From NCBI GenBank assembly GCA_964016885.1, contig OZ024741.1, positions 239,816,001 through 239,880,000 of the forward strand: DNA of 64,000 nt. Reading direction: 5' to 3'. The notes under the pieces are model-generated. The model was not told where the DNA came from, searched no databases, and worked only from the letters and a program-made list of their open reading frames with translations. The position numbers and the translations under genes were made by a program. The stretch is from Eledone cirrhosa (Eukaryota). Shown piece after piece: positions 24,106 through 37,506 of this stretch; the stretch's first letter is position 1; each line of letters opens with the position of its first letter.

Positions 24106-25225
24106 AATCAATCTTAATGGTTTTAATTAAATAAAAATCAGTAGGAGTAAGGTTTTGCTTTGTGAAAAGAAAAACTATTTAGTAGTTACATTTTGGAGTA
24201 GGGTGGGGGTTGGCAAGGCTTATTTATTAATAATCAAGGATTATTTGTTCAAACAGATATAGCATCATACTTTGGGTGTTTTGACCACCAGGAATGCAAT
24301 TGCTATTATATAAATTTCTTTATTCCTTTTAAACAGTTATTAATTCATTATATCATTCAATTAATTATGGCAGTATGTTTAATGACATTTTAAAACACTG
24401 GACTTTATATTCAAGAGAAAATGCTAATAGTTAAGTTTTACCAAAGAATTGCTTTGAAAGGAATTTCTTAATTATCAAGTATACTCTTGTACCCTTTATA
24501 TGGATCTTACCAAATACATATGATAGCTGCAAGTGTAGTCATTGTTGAGACAGCTCTGTTCAGATGTAGTGTATGGAGATAGCTGACTAACGGGTTGGAG
24601 CAAGCGGGTTGATTCAGAACTCTGGTTATATCATGACTCACTATTGTCTTGGATTATGTTTCACACTCTGCCATGCAGTGTCATTGTTTGTGTGTAGCCC
24701 TGATAAAATAGACCTAATCATGTAATGTTTAGCCACATGGCTGGCATTGTGCATTGTGAGTTTCACTATATTCAACTCAGTTTGCTGTCATGAGATTTTG
24801 GTTGTGCATGGTAGAGTTGATTGCTTGGGTTTAATTAGTGTCATAAACAGTTGTTGAATCTTTGAAAAATTATGTTCATTTGCTCAATTATATTATGATG
24901 TATCACTATCAAGGATGAAATAATTCAAGATCATTCAATTTGTGAATTGAAGCTGAGTGTAGATTTGAGCATGCTTCGCAGTGAGCAAAGGAACTGCTTT
25001 TATGTCTGGTTTATTTTATTATACTGTGTCATATCTGAATATGATACAGTCCAATATGTGTTTTTAATCCCTCATTAGTTAACTAGTTGATTTGTACTTG
25101 TTTTTAAGGAATAGAATCTCAGAGCCATGTTTGAATAAGCACATGTGAAGTAATTGAGAACAAGGTAGCATATTTATAGTCTAGAGATTGTAGCCATCAG
25201 TATTGTTTCACATTATTAATAATAA

Positions 25226-25412
25226 GGGTGGTGAATTGGCAGTATCGGTAGAGGGTCGGACGCCATGCTTTGACGCATAGAGTTACGGCCCTTGCCATTC
25301 TGAGTTCAAATCCTGCCGAGGTTAACTTTGACTTTCATCCTTACGGGGTCGATAAAATAAAGTACCAGTAATCTACTGGATAATTGCTGGCCTTGTGCCA
25401 AAAGTAGAAACA
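25226..25412 (+). mobile_element. SINE family A inserted at the (ATT)n tail of the CR1-like LINE
   Basis: Full length; TSD attattaataataa at 25212-25225/25413-25426. Confidence 0.9.
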
Positions 25413-25429
25413 ATTATTAATAATAATAA

Positions 25430-26880
25430 TAAAAATTATTGTGTACAGTGCTCAGGTGCACTACAACTCATTAAAGGTGTATGTATAGTACATAGAATAA
25501 TTTACAAAAGTCATGAAAGTGAACAGTGTATGAGTCATGATATACACAAAGACACACACACACATGAGAGTGTGTATGGAAGGGGAATATCAGGTCTAGT
25601 GTTGGTGAATTTCGGAAAGCATGGAAGTTTTGAAGGATGCAGTGTTCCAACAGCTAACAACTGATGCAGGTAGTTTGTTCCATGTTTCAGCAACTCCGAG
25701 TATGAAAAAATGTTTCTAAAAGTCATGAGAGCTGTACTGTTTTCTGATTTTGTAAGCATGTCCACGGGTGTTAGACATATGGAATTCAAAGAGGTGCTCA
25801 GGTTGTTGTTGGAAAGATGATTAATAATCTTGTGGATGTCTACCAAGTCAGTTGCCAGACGTCAAAGCTTTAATTTATCCATGTCCAGGGAAGCAAAGTG
25901 TTCAGAATATGGAGGATATCTGATTGAAGGTATTCGTTTGGTTGCACATCTCAGAACAATTTCCAGGAGATCAATACTCTGAGCAAGATAGGAGTTCCAG
26001 ACTGGTGATGCAAATTCTAAGGGTGGATTCACAATAGCTATATATAGCTTTAAATAGATAACCGAAGAGTAACTGTCAAAGGTCTTACTGAGTGATGCTA
26101 AGACACCCCCAGCCGTCTTGACAATTTTAGAGATCTGCTTTGTGCAACACAAATCACTGCTGACAATAATGCCTTCTTGAGATTGGTGTTGTGGAGGGAG
26201 TATGTGAAAGCTGGGTTTTTCCTCCCAAAAGCTTAAGTTGCCAGTCTGTAATCCATTGCTGCATTGTGTCCATGTCTGATTGCAAGAAAGATCTATAGCA
26301 TACAGGCTCTGTCCTTTTTACCTCATGGTACAGCTTGATGTCATCTGCATATTTTAGCTCTGTGGCATTTTTCAAGTTGGCATCTATGTCATCAATATTT
26401 GCAACAAACAAAAGGGGACCAAGAACAGATCCCTGTGGTACACCAGATGTCATCTCATAGGCTGAAGAATGCTGTCCTAGAACCATGGCTACCTCTTTTA
26501 AACTGAAAATGAAGGACTTCAACCAGTTATAAAGATCATCTCTCACATCCACTGCAGAGAGTTATGTCATAAGTCTATTGTGTAGCACAGAATTCAAAGC
26601 TTTAAATAACATCCACCCATGAACTGCCATCAGCGATTCGAGTAATGAATCTCTTCAAGAAACTCAAGGAGTTGACCACAGCAGCTGGCATTAGGGGTAA
26701 ATCCAAATTGCGTGTGCCAGATAAGGCTGTGAGAGTTCCAGGAGTTCCAGAGTGTTTCTCTGACATAGGACTCCATCAGTTTGGCAATGCAGCTAATAAG
26801 AATGACTGGATGATAGTTGACAGGTGACATGTGATCACCCTTTTTGAACAGAGGAAAGACTGGCATTAATGATACAGTTA
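25430..26880 (-). mobile_element. CR1-like LINE, RT region to 3' end, degraded
   Basis: PLFKKGD..NYHPVILISCIAKLMES, QFGF, SGVPQGSVLGPLLF, KYADDIKLY, LEFASPVWNSY. Confidence 0.9.
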
Positions 26881-26959
26881 ATGTAGTATTCCCCAAATGT
26901 ACTACAAACTTTCCTGATATATACTCTCTTGCTCAATTCATTCTGCTACAAGTTTCTTA

Positions 26960-27147
26960 GAAGGAACCTCTATGTGGTCGATTGACCTGCTAGAAACAGC
27001 AGCCAAAAATAAGACAGTAACATACCAGTTAATGTAGTCTTATATAACCTTAAAAAGACGGGATGCTCATAACTGGAATACCTTTGATGATAGATGTGCT
27101 TGATCAGAGTTGACTTGAAGCTAAACAACAACAACATCAACAACAGC
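26960..27147 (+). repeat. Short interspersed repeat with (AAC)n tail; related fragments at about 53020-53075 (-), 54183-54240 and 56050-56150
   Basis: Shared motif tggtc..t.a.c.tgctagaaa.agcagccaa. Confidence 0.5.
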
Positions 27148-27859
27148 ATTTTTCACAAACAGGTTTTCCTAGGAAATATGCATCACCAGATATCCAGAGA
27201 AACCCTTCCTCATGTCATCATCATCATCATTTTATATTGGCCTTCCATGCTGGCATTAGGTGCATAATCTGCTGTTCATATATGTTTGGTTAAGTCAATT
27301 AGACATGTCTACCATATGTATCCTATGATACCCTCTGTGTTATATCAGGGCATATGTATGAGACAACAAATGTAAACATTTTATTATGACTGCTCCATTG
27401 CATGTGAAACCACTGATATTTTCTGTCCCATGATAATTATAAAAATAATACTTTATTTTGATTTTTTTTCAACTTTATTTGAACAATAAAGTAATAGTTT
27501 GAAATAAAAAACGAAATTCTCCTGAGATTTTGTTAGAGAACTTTAAAAGTTTTAAGGTAGTCTTTTCTTTGAATATTTTAGAAACATTAATTCCTTTCGA
27601 TAATAAAAACCTAAGCGTGCAATTGTGAAATATTTTAAAGTTAATTCTCATAGATAAAATGAAACAGGCTGAACGATGGCATAACATTTTCCTTTCTTTA
27701 GTCAGAAAAAACTTCTCCAAGTTACTATACTACTTAAACTTTAGTCTATCACTAGCTCTGTCTTCAGATCTACTTATATCACCTAGATATCTGAATCTAT
27801 CTAATTCCAAATTCAATTGTTTCAGTTCATAGCAACTCATATTATTATTACTCCAGTAG

Positions 27860-28405
27860 GGCAGAATCTTTAGCACATTGGATGAAATGCTTTGCAGTAA
27901 ATCATTATGATCCTCTATATTCTGAGTTCAAATCCTGCCAAGGTCAACTATACCTTTCATCTTTTCTGGGTCAATGAAATAAAATACCAATTAAGTACTG
28001 GGGCTGGTATAATTGACTTTCCTCTTCAGCCAAATCATACCCTTGTGCCTATGTAAGAAAGAATTCTTAGCAAGATATTTTTGGGAAAGACTAGCAGTCA
28101 CCCATACATGTAAGCCTCCCCTTTCCATACCCCAACATTGTCCAAGAGAAAGACAAGTGCCAATATAATTTGGCACCAGTGATGTTGGAAATGAATTCAG
28201 AATGCAAAAGGCCTAAAGAGACATTGAAAGACATCACATTAGACAATAACAATTCTGCTAATCCACCACTTTTGACTGGTAATTTATTTATCTACCTTCA
28301 AAGGATGAAAACCAAAAACAACCTTGGCAGGATTTGAAATTTCAGTGTGGAGAGCTGGAACAAAGACAGTGAAGCATTTAATCAATTGCTCTACCACTCT
28401 GCCAA
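27860..28405. mobile_element. Two diverged SINE family A copies (27860-28065 +, 28275-28405 -)
   Basis: B box and core visible in each orientation. Confidence 0.65.
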
Positions 28406-28949
28406 CTTATTACCTGAATATATTATGCAAAATGATATTTGTAACATTGAGCATCTTAGGTATAATTCAGTTTATTCAGATGTTAGAAACATTACAAGTG
28501 TATACTTTGGAGAGTAGGGTAACACATCTTACACAAGCTTGGCTAATGAACAAATACTTAAATGCAAAGCTAAATGATGATTACGATGCAGTAAGATAAA
28601 AAAAAAATCTGCGATTTTTCAAATAGTTATTGCAACTTTTCTCTGTATTTCCTCTCTATCTATTTTCAGCTCTCTTTCTCCTTTTATGTGAGTATAGACC
28701 TTCTTGCACCCCCTTCCTTGTTTCAATGGCACCTCATAATCAAGAAAATTATCAAAGCATTTCCTGCTATTGTGTAGCCTAGAAAATGAATAGTTCTCTT
28801 TTTCTCTGTTATTATTTAAAATCAATTATTATCTGTAGTCAAATTGGTCTGGTCAGATTGCATTTCATTAGAAAATGATAGGATGTGTTATTGGAAAGTG
28901 ACATACTAGCAAAACAATGTGGTACTGTAAGATGTTTTATTAGCCAAAA

Positions 28950-29260
28950 GATGTGGTATTGACAGATGTCTTAGTAACCATATAATAGGTTATTGAGAGA
29001 TATTTTAGTAGACATATAATGGGTTATTGAGAGATGTTTTAGTAGCCATATAATGTGATATTGAGAAATGCCTTTGTAGACATATAATGAGGTATTGGTA
29101 GATGTCATTATAGCCATTTGATGTGATATTGGAAGCTGTCTTAGTAGCTATATGATATGATATTGGAAAATATCATTGAAGACATATGATGTTGTCTTAG
29201 GAAAGGTAAAGGTACTGGGAAATATCTTAGTTGTCTAATGATGTGGTATTGGAATATGAC
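28950..29260. repeat. Degenerate minisatellite, about 33-bp unit
   Basis: Unit approximately tattgagagatgtcttagtagccatataatgtgg, several copies. Confidence 0.75.
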
Positions 29261-30097
29261 CTGGTTGTCAAATGATGTGGTTAGGAGATAAATGTATAAA
29301 GTGAAGATGGCTGAATCTATAAAATACTGAGCCACCTATTCATGGTTCATGGAATTCTTTTATTTTTGAGAAGACTACATCATTGTGAATTGATTCAGAT
29401 CATCTAGCTGTTAGGAATATACACTGCTGTTTATTCTCAGTCTTGTCCTGTCTTATTTGATCTGGGCTCTGGTTTTAGTTATTAGTTACTTATTTTGGCT
29501 GGTGTGAGGAGTCTAACTAAACATCTTTTATCAAGAAGGATTTCCAGAACTCACACGTGCACACACACACGTGCGTGTTCATATATAAATATTTATGTAC
29601 ATTCTTTTAACTGCAATCTTCCCAGAGCACCTCAGTGCCCCCCCCCCCCCCAGGCAGCAAGACTAAGTATACTGAGTACTCTAGTGCTGAAATGAAGTAG
29701 TGCTGGTTCCACAACAAAAGGAACTGGTCCATCCTATGAGGTGGTAGTGCTGAAGTCATGATAAAATGCTTTCAGTACATGCTGTAAAGTGGTTGGTATT
29801 AGGAGGGGCATCTGGTCATAGAAACCAAGCCAAAACAAAGCATACAAGCAAGACTTTGTAACCTGACTGGTCTGGCCCTAGCATGCACCAATCCCATGCA
29901 AATATGGAAAATAGCCGTTAAATGGTAATGATGATGATTAGTGAATTCAAATCAAAGTCAAATTCTTCATAGTTATGTATAAGCCACATTGTAAAGGAAA
30001 AATAAACTTCTCTGGTGACAGGCTTTATTCTCATTGTGGAGTCCTGTTTTGAGGTAATGTTTTATGCCAAATCTCTTCCTGGTGCCAACTCTTTTAA

Positions 30098-30317
30098 CCC
30101 TTTGGCATTTATATTACTCTATATTTACTATTGTATTTTTGTGGTAAAGGCTTTATCTTCCATAATTATCTCACTTAATATCAAATCTACGAGATTTTGA
30201 TATTATTTATTTTGAGAGTAATACATTAATGTAGGTATGAGGGGCCAGTTACAGCTGGTTTGAAAGAAAGAGCTGAGAGAATTCTGGCCGGATACGGCCG
30301 ATTTAAATGCTAAAGGG
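30098..30317. mobile_element. piggyBac-type MITE (inverted relative at about 53340-53550)
   Basis: TTAA TSDs at 30094-30097/30318-30321; TIRs ccctttggcattta...taaatgctaaaggg. Confidence 0.85.
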
Positions 30318-30465
30318 TTAATGTCCTCCAATGGCACACTGTGCATATCCAGTTTAGAACACACACAGTATATCCTTGCATGCTGTAGAAGGTAACAGAA
30401 TATATATATATATTTATATATCTGCAACTACTTCGCATTTTCTTATTCTATATATATATATATAT

Positions 30466-31347
30466 TACCACTGCTAGCTGCAAAAGGCTTTTTCCTCAAA
30501 ATGATGGGCAGACTGTATGATGCATGCATACGAACAGCAATGTTACATGGTAGTGAGATCTGGGCGTCGTCTGTAGCAGACTTGCGTAGATTAGAAAGAA
30601 ACGAAGCCTGCATGCTCCAATGGATGTGTAATAGTAATATACCTGAACGGCAAAGCATAAACAAATTGAGAGAGAGACTGAGCATAAGAAGAATCAAACA
30701 CTGTGTGCAGGAGAGGAGGTTGCGTTGGTATGGACATGTGATGCGTATGAAGGATGACAGCTGCATAAAAAGGTGCAGTGCACTCAAAGTTGATGGAAGC
30801 CCTGAAGTGGGGAGACTTGGGATGAGGTGATAAACACCCACCACCAGTTGCATAAAAAGGTTCAGAGCACTAAAAGTCGATGGAAGCATTGGAGTGGGGA
30901 GACCCAAGAAGATGCGGGATGAGGTAATAAAAGCTGACCTTGCCCAATTGCACCTCTCAAAAGCGATGACACGGGACCAAGACCTCTGGCGTCACGCAGT
31001 AATACAGAAGACTCGACTTCCCATGGGTACAAGCCAAAGCTGAAGCATATAGACAATATTCCCTCACCCCCTCCACTGCAAAGTGGTCGTGGAGGTGTCA
31101 CACAAAAAAAAGCACCCAGTCCACACTATAAAGTAGTCGTGTAGGCGCCATGGTAAAAAAGCGCCCAGTACTCACCGTAAATGAGATTGCTGTTAGGAAG
31201 AGCATCCAGCTGTAGAAATGAAGCCAAAATCAGTTCCCGTATTAGCAAGACATGGTCACCTAACCTGGCATTACCCACAACAGGACAACCTGTCTAACCC
31301 ATGCTAGCACGGAAGAATGGATGTAAAACAGTGATGATGATGATGAT
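30466..31347 (+). mobile_element. Rearranged RTE 3' fragment (chimera, see findings)
   Basis: GRLYDACIRTAMLHGSE..RRLRWYGHVMRM; internal partial duplication; (GAT)n tail; (TA)n flanks. Confidence 0.88.
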
Positions 31348-31599
31348 ATATATATGTATATATCAGAATGGAGGCGGTAAAAACCAGTTAGACCATTACT
31401 CACCAGAGTACTCCATACTTGGGGTAGTAGAGTAGGTAATATGAAAAAATTGGGACCCTGATTTAGATTTTATTGAGGTATCAGAACATTTTATTATATA
31501 TAAATAAGAATTCATAATACTCTAAATTCCTAGCAAACTAATGATAGCTGGAGAACTAAAATAACAAACACTATGATTTATCTTAATAGTAGATTTATT

Positions 31600-32054
31600 G
31601 CATTTTAAATAAGCAATTGGAAACTAAAAGATTTCTTAGTTCATCAAGATTTTCCCTCCACAAAATAAAACACTCATCTAGGTATCTTTTCCAGTTTTCT
31701 GAAGGTACTCCCATAAATTTTTGAAGCTTTTTCGTAGATTTTTAGTTCATGGTATCCCATGACTAAGTTGGCATATACTGGTCTTTGATACAGATGGCTG
31801 TTCCTGATTTCTGTTGGCAGGGTGCTTCGGTGAATAGGAAGTGGTTGTTTTTTTTAATGAATTCAAGACTTTCTATGATGAAATTTCTGTTAATACGGTC
31901 TGGTAGCTCATGGGGTAATGTGTTTAGCCAGTATCGGATAGTTTCAATTTTATAGTTGTGAGAAATGTTACTATATAAGTTCACAACATCAAATGAAAGC
32001 ATCTAGATATTTTGGTTTACTTTATTTGGTAGATTGTTGAGGAAATCTAGGTCA
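31600..32054 (-). mobile_element. Penelope-like element RT, downstream part (pseudogenised)
   Basis: DDLDFLNNLP..LSFDVVNLYSNI..FIKKNNHFLF..QQKSGTAI. Confidence 0.85.
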
Positions 32055-32152
32055 TCTGTGGTGGAGAGGCGGTAAGAGTGTTAAGCTCGCAGTCACCTCC
32101 TCTCACCACCTCATTGAAAGACATCGAAAATGTCGTTAGTTTTGAAAACACG

Positions 32153-33810
32153 ATGTCAGACGTTGATTGTAACATCAACACTAACACAAACACCAATAAC
32201 ATACAAAATATAAACAACACCAACCAGAACAACAACAACAACAACAACAATAATGACAACAAGAACAACAACAACAACAATGATAACAACAACACCACCA
32301 ACAACAACAGCAACACGAACAAGGAAAAGATTTCTTTTGCTCAAACCGTCCAAAAGACGGAACTGTTCACATACCTTGACATTTTCAATGATAGGGAAAT
32401 GTTAAGTGATGCAAAACAGTATGTAACTTTTGGTGAGAGTGGTACTTTCAGCATCACTTCTCCTCAACAGTTACGCAGAGAAACTGTTCTAAAAACAGTA
32501 ATTTTTAGGACGGGTTCAAATGTGTCAAAAAAACCAGTTCAATTATTCCAAAACGACATTGAACTGGTTCTGAAGAATTCCATGAAGGATATTGTCTTCA
32601 TCCAAAAAGGGAAACTTTTTAGAAGCATTTCGGTATTGTTGAAAGACCAATTGACAGCACAAAAATATTCTGTATCGCCGATTGTGTCCCTCTTTACACC
32701 TTTTCCCCCACATATATGGGGAAAACAAAAGATAAAAATTTCGAACATTGCACTAAATGTAAACGTCTGGTGGATTTTAATTGGCTTCATCGATTTCGAC
32801 GAAGACACCATCATTTCGGTGGGAAAGTCCTCCAGAGGCACATTCAATGGTACAAGCATGGAAGTTCTGGTCCAAATGAGGCCAGAACCGATAGCTAAAA
32901 TACCCCAACGCGTGCCTCTGGATGGAATTTCACACATAAACATTTCTGTTGAGGGTAGGCGGCCTTCATGTTACCACTGTTTAAGCAGTGGTCACCTGAA
33001 GGCTTACTGTCCTCAGTTAACTACAAAAAAAAAGAGGCACTACTGCCAACACCCAAAACAACAACACCACCACCACCACCACCACAACAACAACAACAAC
33101 ATGCAAACATAACCAAAACAAGAACAACAAACCAACCTGCAAGCACAGTCCCACCCAACCCCACTAAAACCACTGCAAAAACACCCACAAACACAACAGC
33201 TCCCCAAAACATACCCCCTTTCAAATAACACAGACACCACAACGGACGAGGCCCCCACATCATCACCAAGTGACGGTGAGGGAGAGCCTCTCCATTCGAA
33301 AAGAAAGAAGAAAAGACACAAGAACAAAAAAACAACAAACATCACTACAAACATACAACCACCAACACAAACATTACAAATAACCCCCCCCCCCGTCCCG
33401 AAAACAAAACCACGACATCACTCCTACAAACACCTACAACAAAACGAAAGCTCCCACAAGAACAACAGACAAAAACCACTGCAACACAACAAGAACATTA
33501 CACATACATAAACAGTAAAAACAAAACTTTAATGGAGGTCATCTCCAATGACCCTTCGGTGAAAACCGAAGGGAAAACTTTTTCGAACTGTGTAGACAAA
33601 CCTAATTTAAAGATGATTAGGGTCCCTACGGACACCTATAAGTCTTTAAAGGAAAACTTTCCTAAGGACGTGGGTAATCCTTGTGTTAAACCCATTAACC
33701 GCGTCCTTTTAAAAAGTTTTCCCACCCTCACCCCAGACACACCCACCCCACCAAACATCTCCGTCCCCCACCCTGCCGGAAACCACCACCCACCCAGACA
33801 ACCCCTCTAA
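32153..33810 (+). pseudogene. Tx1-like ORF1 (poly-Asn N-terminus, CCHC zinc knuckle, Thr/Pro-rich tail), frameshifted
   Basis: ATG at 32153; CYHCLSSGHLKAYC; frame shifts at the A-run near 33025. Confidence 0.8.
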
Positions 33811-33899
33811 CACCCCCATGGAAATCGTGCGGCCTGGTCCCCGGGAGACGAAGAGGTGAGTGTTTTCTTCTCCTCTTCTTTTAACTTTTCAGAACCAAC

Positions 33900-36800
33900 A
33901 TGGCCAATATAAGAGTTGGATGTGTGAATGTACGCGGCCTGGGGATGCCCTGGAAACAGGGAAAACTCTTAAGCGACCTCAGGTCGCACAGTATGGATGT
34001 AGTAGCCATTTGCGAGTCCAGGATCCACAGCGAACGACAGCTGCCCCCCATCTTCGATGACTTTGAGATCTACGCATCTCTCTATCAGCCAGGGGGTGGG
34101 GGCGGGGTTACCGTTTTGCTGCGGAAACACCTGGGCCTCGTAACACAGATGGTACATCTGGACCTAGAGGGTTGACTGGTGTTCCTAGACGTTGACGGTA
34201 GTGAAGGTGGAGCCTTCAGACTGGTGGCCGCATATGCCCCATCCGGGACACCGCGGCCAGACTTCTTCAAACGTCTAGAGACTTTTCTGGGAACGTCCCG
34301 CTCCTTGCTTTTAGTGGGGGACTAGAATGGAATCCTAGATGCACGTTGGGACTATATGGGAGCATGTCCCGATAAAAGGGGTTTAAAATCCTCAAACAGT
34401 TAATCGACCGATTTGACCTGGCCGATAGATATCGACTAGATTTTCCGACTGTGTCACTGTGAACGTGGACTAATCGTAGCGGAACATCTAGATCGTACCT
34501 AGATAGGGTTCTAGTTAGAAACAAGAATAGGGACATTTTAAGCTGTCCACAAATGTTCATGGTTGCCTATTCAGATCACAAACTAGTGACCTGCATGGTC
34601 AACCTTGATAGAACCCATAGACAAAGACCCGGCTACTGGAAGCTGAACTTGTTGTTACCAACATGCAAAGCCTACAGTAGACGGATTAACACTTTAGTTA
34701 AACAGCACTTGACAGGGGCCATTGTCAACAACAGATGGTGGTACTCTCTCAAGAGGGCAGTTAGATTAGACTCGTTAGTTTTTAGTAAAGAATTAGCGTT
34801 AGATAGAAATAGGACCGAGAAGGAACTGGTAGATAAAGTAGAAGAGGCAATTAGAAGTGGAAACATAGCCAGCGTGCTAGCAACGAGAACGGCCTTGGAC
34901 CAGTTCTTCGACGCAAAGCACGAGGGCTGCGTTGTCAGAAGCAAAATACGTGCTCTGGGAAACAAGGGAGCCAAAGCTGTTAGGTGTGCCCCGAGTGACG
35001 GAGGCAAAAAGTGGCAACAAGTCCTTGATTTGGTCTTTGAAGGACCAAGATGGATGCGTGATACTTTGCGGCAGCACTTTGCTCAACTGCGGCACTTTGC
35101 TCAACTGTTCGGGCAGGGCGGCGTGCCGGGAGGGGCTATGGATTTCGGTCCATACCTCGACGGCCTACCGCGACTCTTGAACAGCGAGGCGAAGTTCTGC
35201 GAAAAGCCAATTTCAGCCGCTGAGATAGGGGACGCGCTGAGCCAATGCAGCAAACGCAAATCTCCAGGTCTCGATGGTCTACCCTACGAATTTTACGTAG
35301 CAATGCCGGACTTGTTCTCCAGTCTCCTGGAAGCGGTCTACTGCAACTGGCAGCAGAACGGAAGAATTTCCAGTTCTGTGACCAGGGGCGTAGTCACACT
35401 AGTCAGGAAGGACGAGAATAAGGGGGATAACATAGGCAACTTCCAGCCCATAACTCTGCTAAACACAGAGTTACAGATTTTGGCCAAGGTGTTGGCAAAG
35501 AGGCTGGCGCTTGTCATCGAAAACCTGGTGGGAGAAGCGCAGACATGCGCAATCCCGACCAGGTCCATACACAACAACCTTCACCTCATGCGATACATCA
35601 TAGAGAGGGTAGGGTGTAAACCCGGATTCGGTGGGGCCCTGATCAACTTGGATGAGTATAAGGCTTTCGATAGGGTTGACCATCGTTACCTGGATGCGGT
35701 GCTCGAGGCGGCAGGCTTCGGACCCGTGTTCAGGGGCTGGATTGCTGCAATGCACAACAGCAACATCTGCTCAAGGGTCAAGGTGAATGGCTACCTCTCG
35801 GAGCCGTTCCATATCACGCGATCCATCCGACAGGGATGCCCTCTCTCCTCCCTTCTGTACGTACTGACCCTCGAGCCACTACTGCAGAAGTTGGTGCTAT
35901 TGCAGGGCATCCCTCTAGAAACGGGACTGCGAAAAGCGGCGTTGGCCTACGCCGACGACGTGACAGTAATGGTCTCGAACACCTCGCAAATCGAGGAAGT
36001 CGGCATCTTACTGAAGGAATACGAAAGGTTAACAGGAGCAAAGTTGAACCGGGACAAGTCCGTCGGTTTGCAACTCGGATCGTGGAGAGGCAAACCGATG
36101 CCTTCCGATGGTGTCGTCGGACGCTGGACGGAAGGACCGGTAAAGCTCCTCGGGGTCTGGTTTGGTCCGGACCTCCAGGTGGAGAAAAACTGGAACGAGG
36201 TGACGGCCAAGGTATTTGCACTCACCCAGAAGTGAGCCGAGTGCAAATTATCCTTGAAAGGTTGAGCGGAGGTGGCGACACTTTTATAGCGTCCGTCATC
36301 TACTACCGCTTAACTGTCGGGCTCACCAAAATGGAGCGCACGCTCTTCCAATTCCTTTGGTAGAAGCGGGCTCCTTTGGTGAGAAGATCCATCTGCTGGC
36401 AACACCCTTCCAACGGAGGGCTGGGAATGCCGTGGCTGACGATGCGCAAACAGGCTGCGGCACCTCTACGTATTCCTTACCGGACCCCGTTTGTGAGGCG
36501 AGCCTTCCCACGACTCGTCTCGCTGACCTAGCTGCAGTCCTGAGTCAAGCAAAGACCGAGGAAAATGGGCGACTGGCACATCGAATGTGCTCAGGCACTC
36601 ACAGCCCTCTGGCAGGCAGACCCGGCAATCAGTGGAGACTCCACTTCGTCATTCTATAGAGGGTTGATCCGCAGCAAGTGCGACAACGCACTCGGAGAAA
36701 CTCTAGGCGTAGAGGAAGACGAACTGGCCAGTCCGTTCGGTAGGACCTTCCACCCGGGACCAATGCACAACTTCCAAAAGTCCCTGGCCTGGCAGTGCTA

Positions 36801-37267
36801 CTGAGGAGCTCCACCAGTTCGAGACAAGCTCTACAGACATGGGCGCTCGGGCAGGAACCCTTCGAAAAAGATCTGTCCGAGATGCGTGCGAGACGAAGAA
36901 ACCGTTGCGCACGCATTCATAGACTGCCCGGGCATTACCGACCTGTGGGGCTATGTAGAACGACTATTGTCGCGGGTGGGACCAATACGGTTGACCACCG
37001 AGTCCATTGTCATGATCAAACCGCCACCCTCCTTCAAAAATGAAGGAGAGGCGGTTTTCCTTTGTGTGATAGCTATAGCGAAAGAGGTTGTATGGTGGAC
37101 GAGGTTAAAAGGGCTGAGGTCAGAAACCTTTCTCTACGGCCAACAACTTTGGAAGAAGAATCAGGATGGAGAGAGAGGTGCTGTACCCCAGCAAGTTTTA
37201 TGAAAGGTGGGTGAAAGTGGCGAGAATGGCCCGAGTGAATGGGCCTTCTCTCTATATCAGCCTGTAG
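33900..37267 (+). pseudogene. Tx1-like ORF2 (APE endonuclease, RT, C-terminal Cys/His domain) with stops and frameshifts
   Basis: CVNVRGL, DVVAICES, YSDHKLV, SPGLDGLPYEFY, PITLLN, KAFDRVDH, QGCPLS, LAYADDV, CPRC..EETVAHAFIDC. Confidence 0.92.
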
Positions 37268-37506
37268 GTTGAGGAAAAAGAGGAAGAGAGGAAGGGGGTA
37301 CAAACTCTTCGTACTCCTGGAAATGAGGGTTGCACATTTTTTCGGGAGTATGTGTTACCCATATGAAATGTCTCCCCCTATTGGGGAAAATCGATTAATT
37401 TTTAAATTACATTTGTGATAGCATTTTACACGTTTTTATTGTATGTAAACTTCCCCCTTTGTATTTGTCCCCTTCTTTTGTGACCCTGTGGCTAATAAAG
37501 AAACAT

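Larger units (their letters stand above)
32058..37504 (+). mobile_element. Near-full-length Tx1/L1-clade non-LTR retrotransposon, inactivated
   Basis: ORF1 and ORF2 as listed below; AATAAA at 37494-37499; GC-richer than the flanks. Confidence 0.92.

Noticed and set aside
24530-25160. Possible coding or transposon remnant with more balanced composition
   Set aside because: No ORF or recognisable motif could be supported by eye; a BLASTx search is needed.
34553-36235. Active retrotransposon or domesticated RT gene
   Set aside because: The endonuclease and C-terminal parts contain stops and frameshifts.
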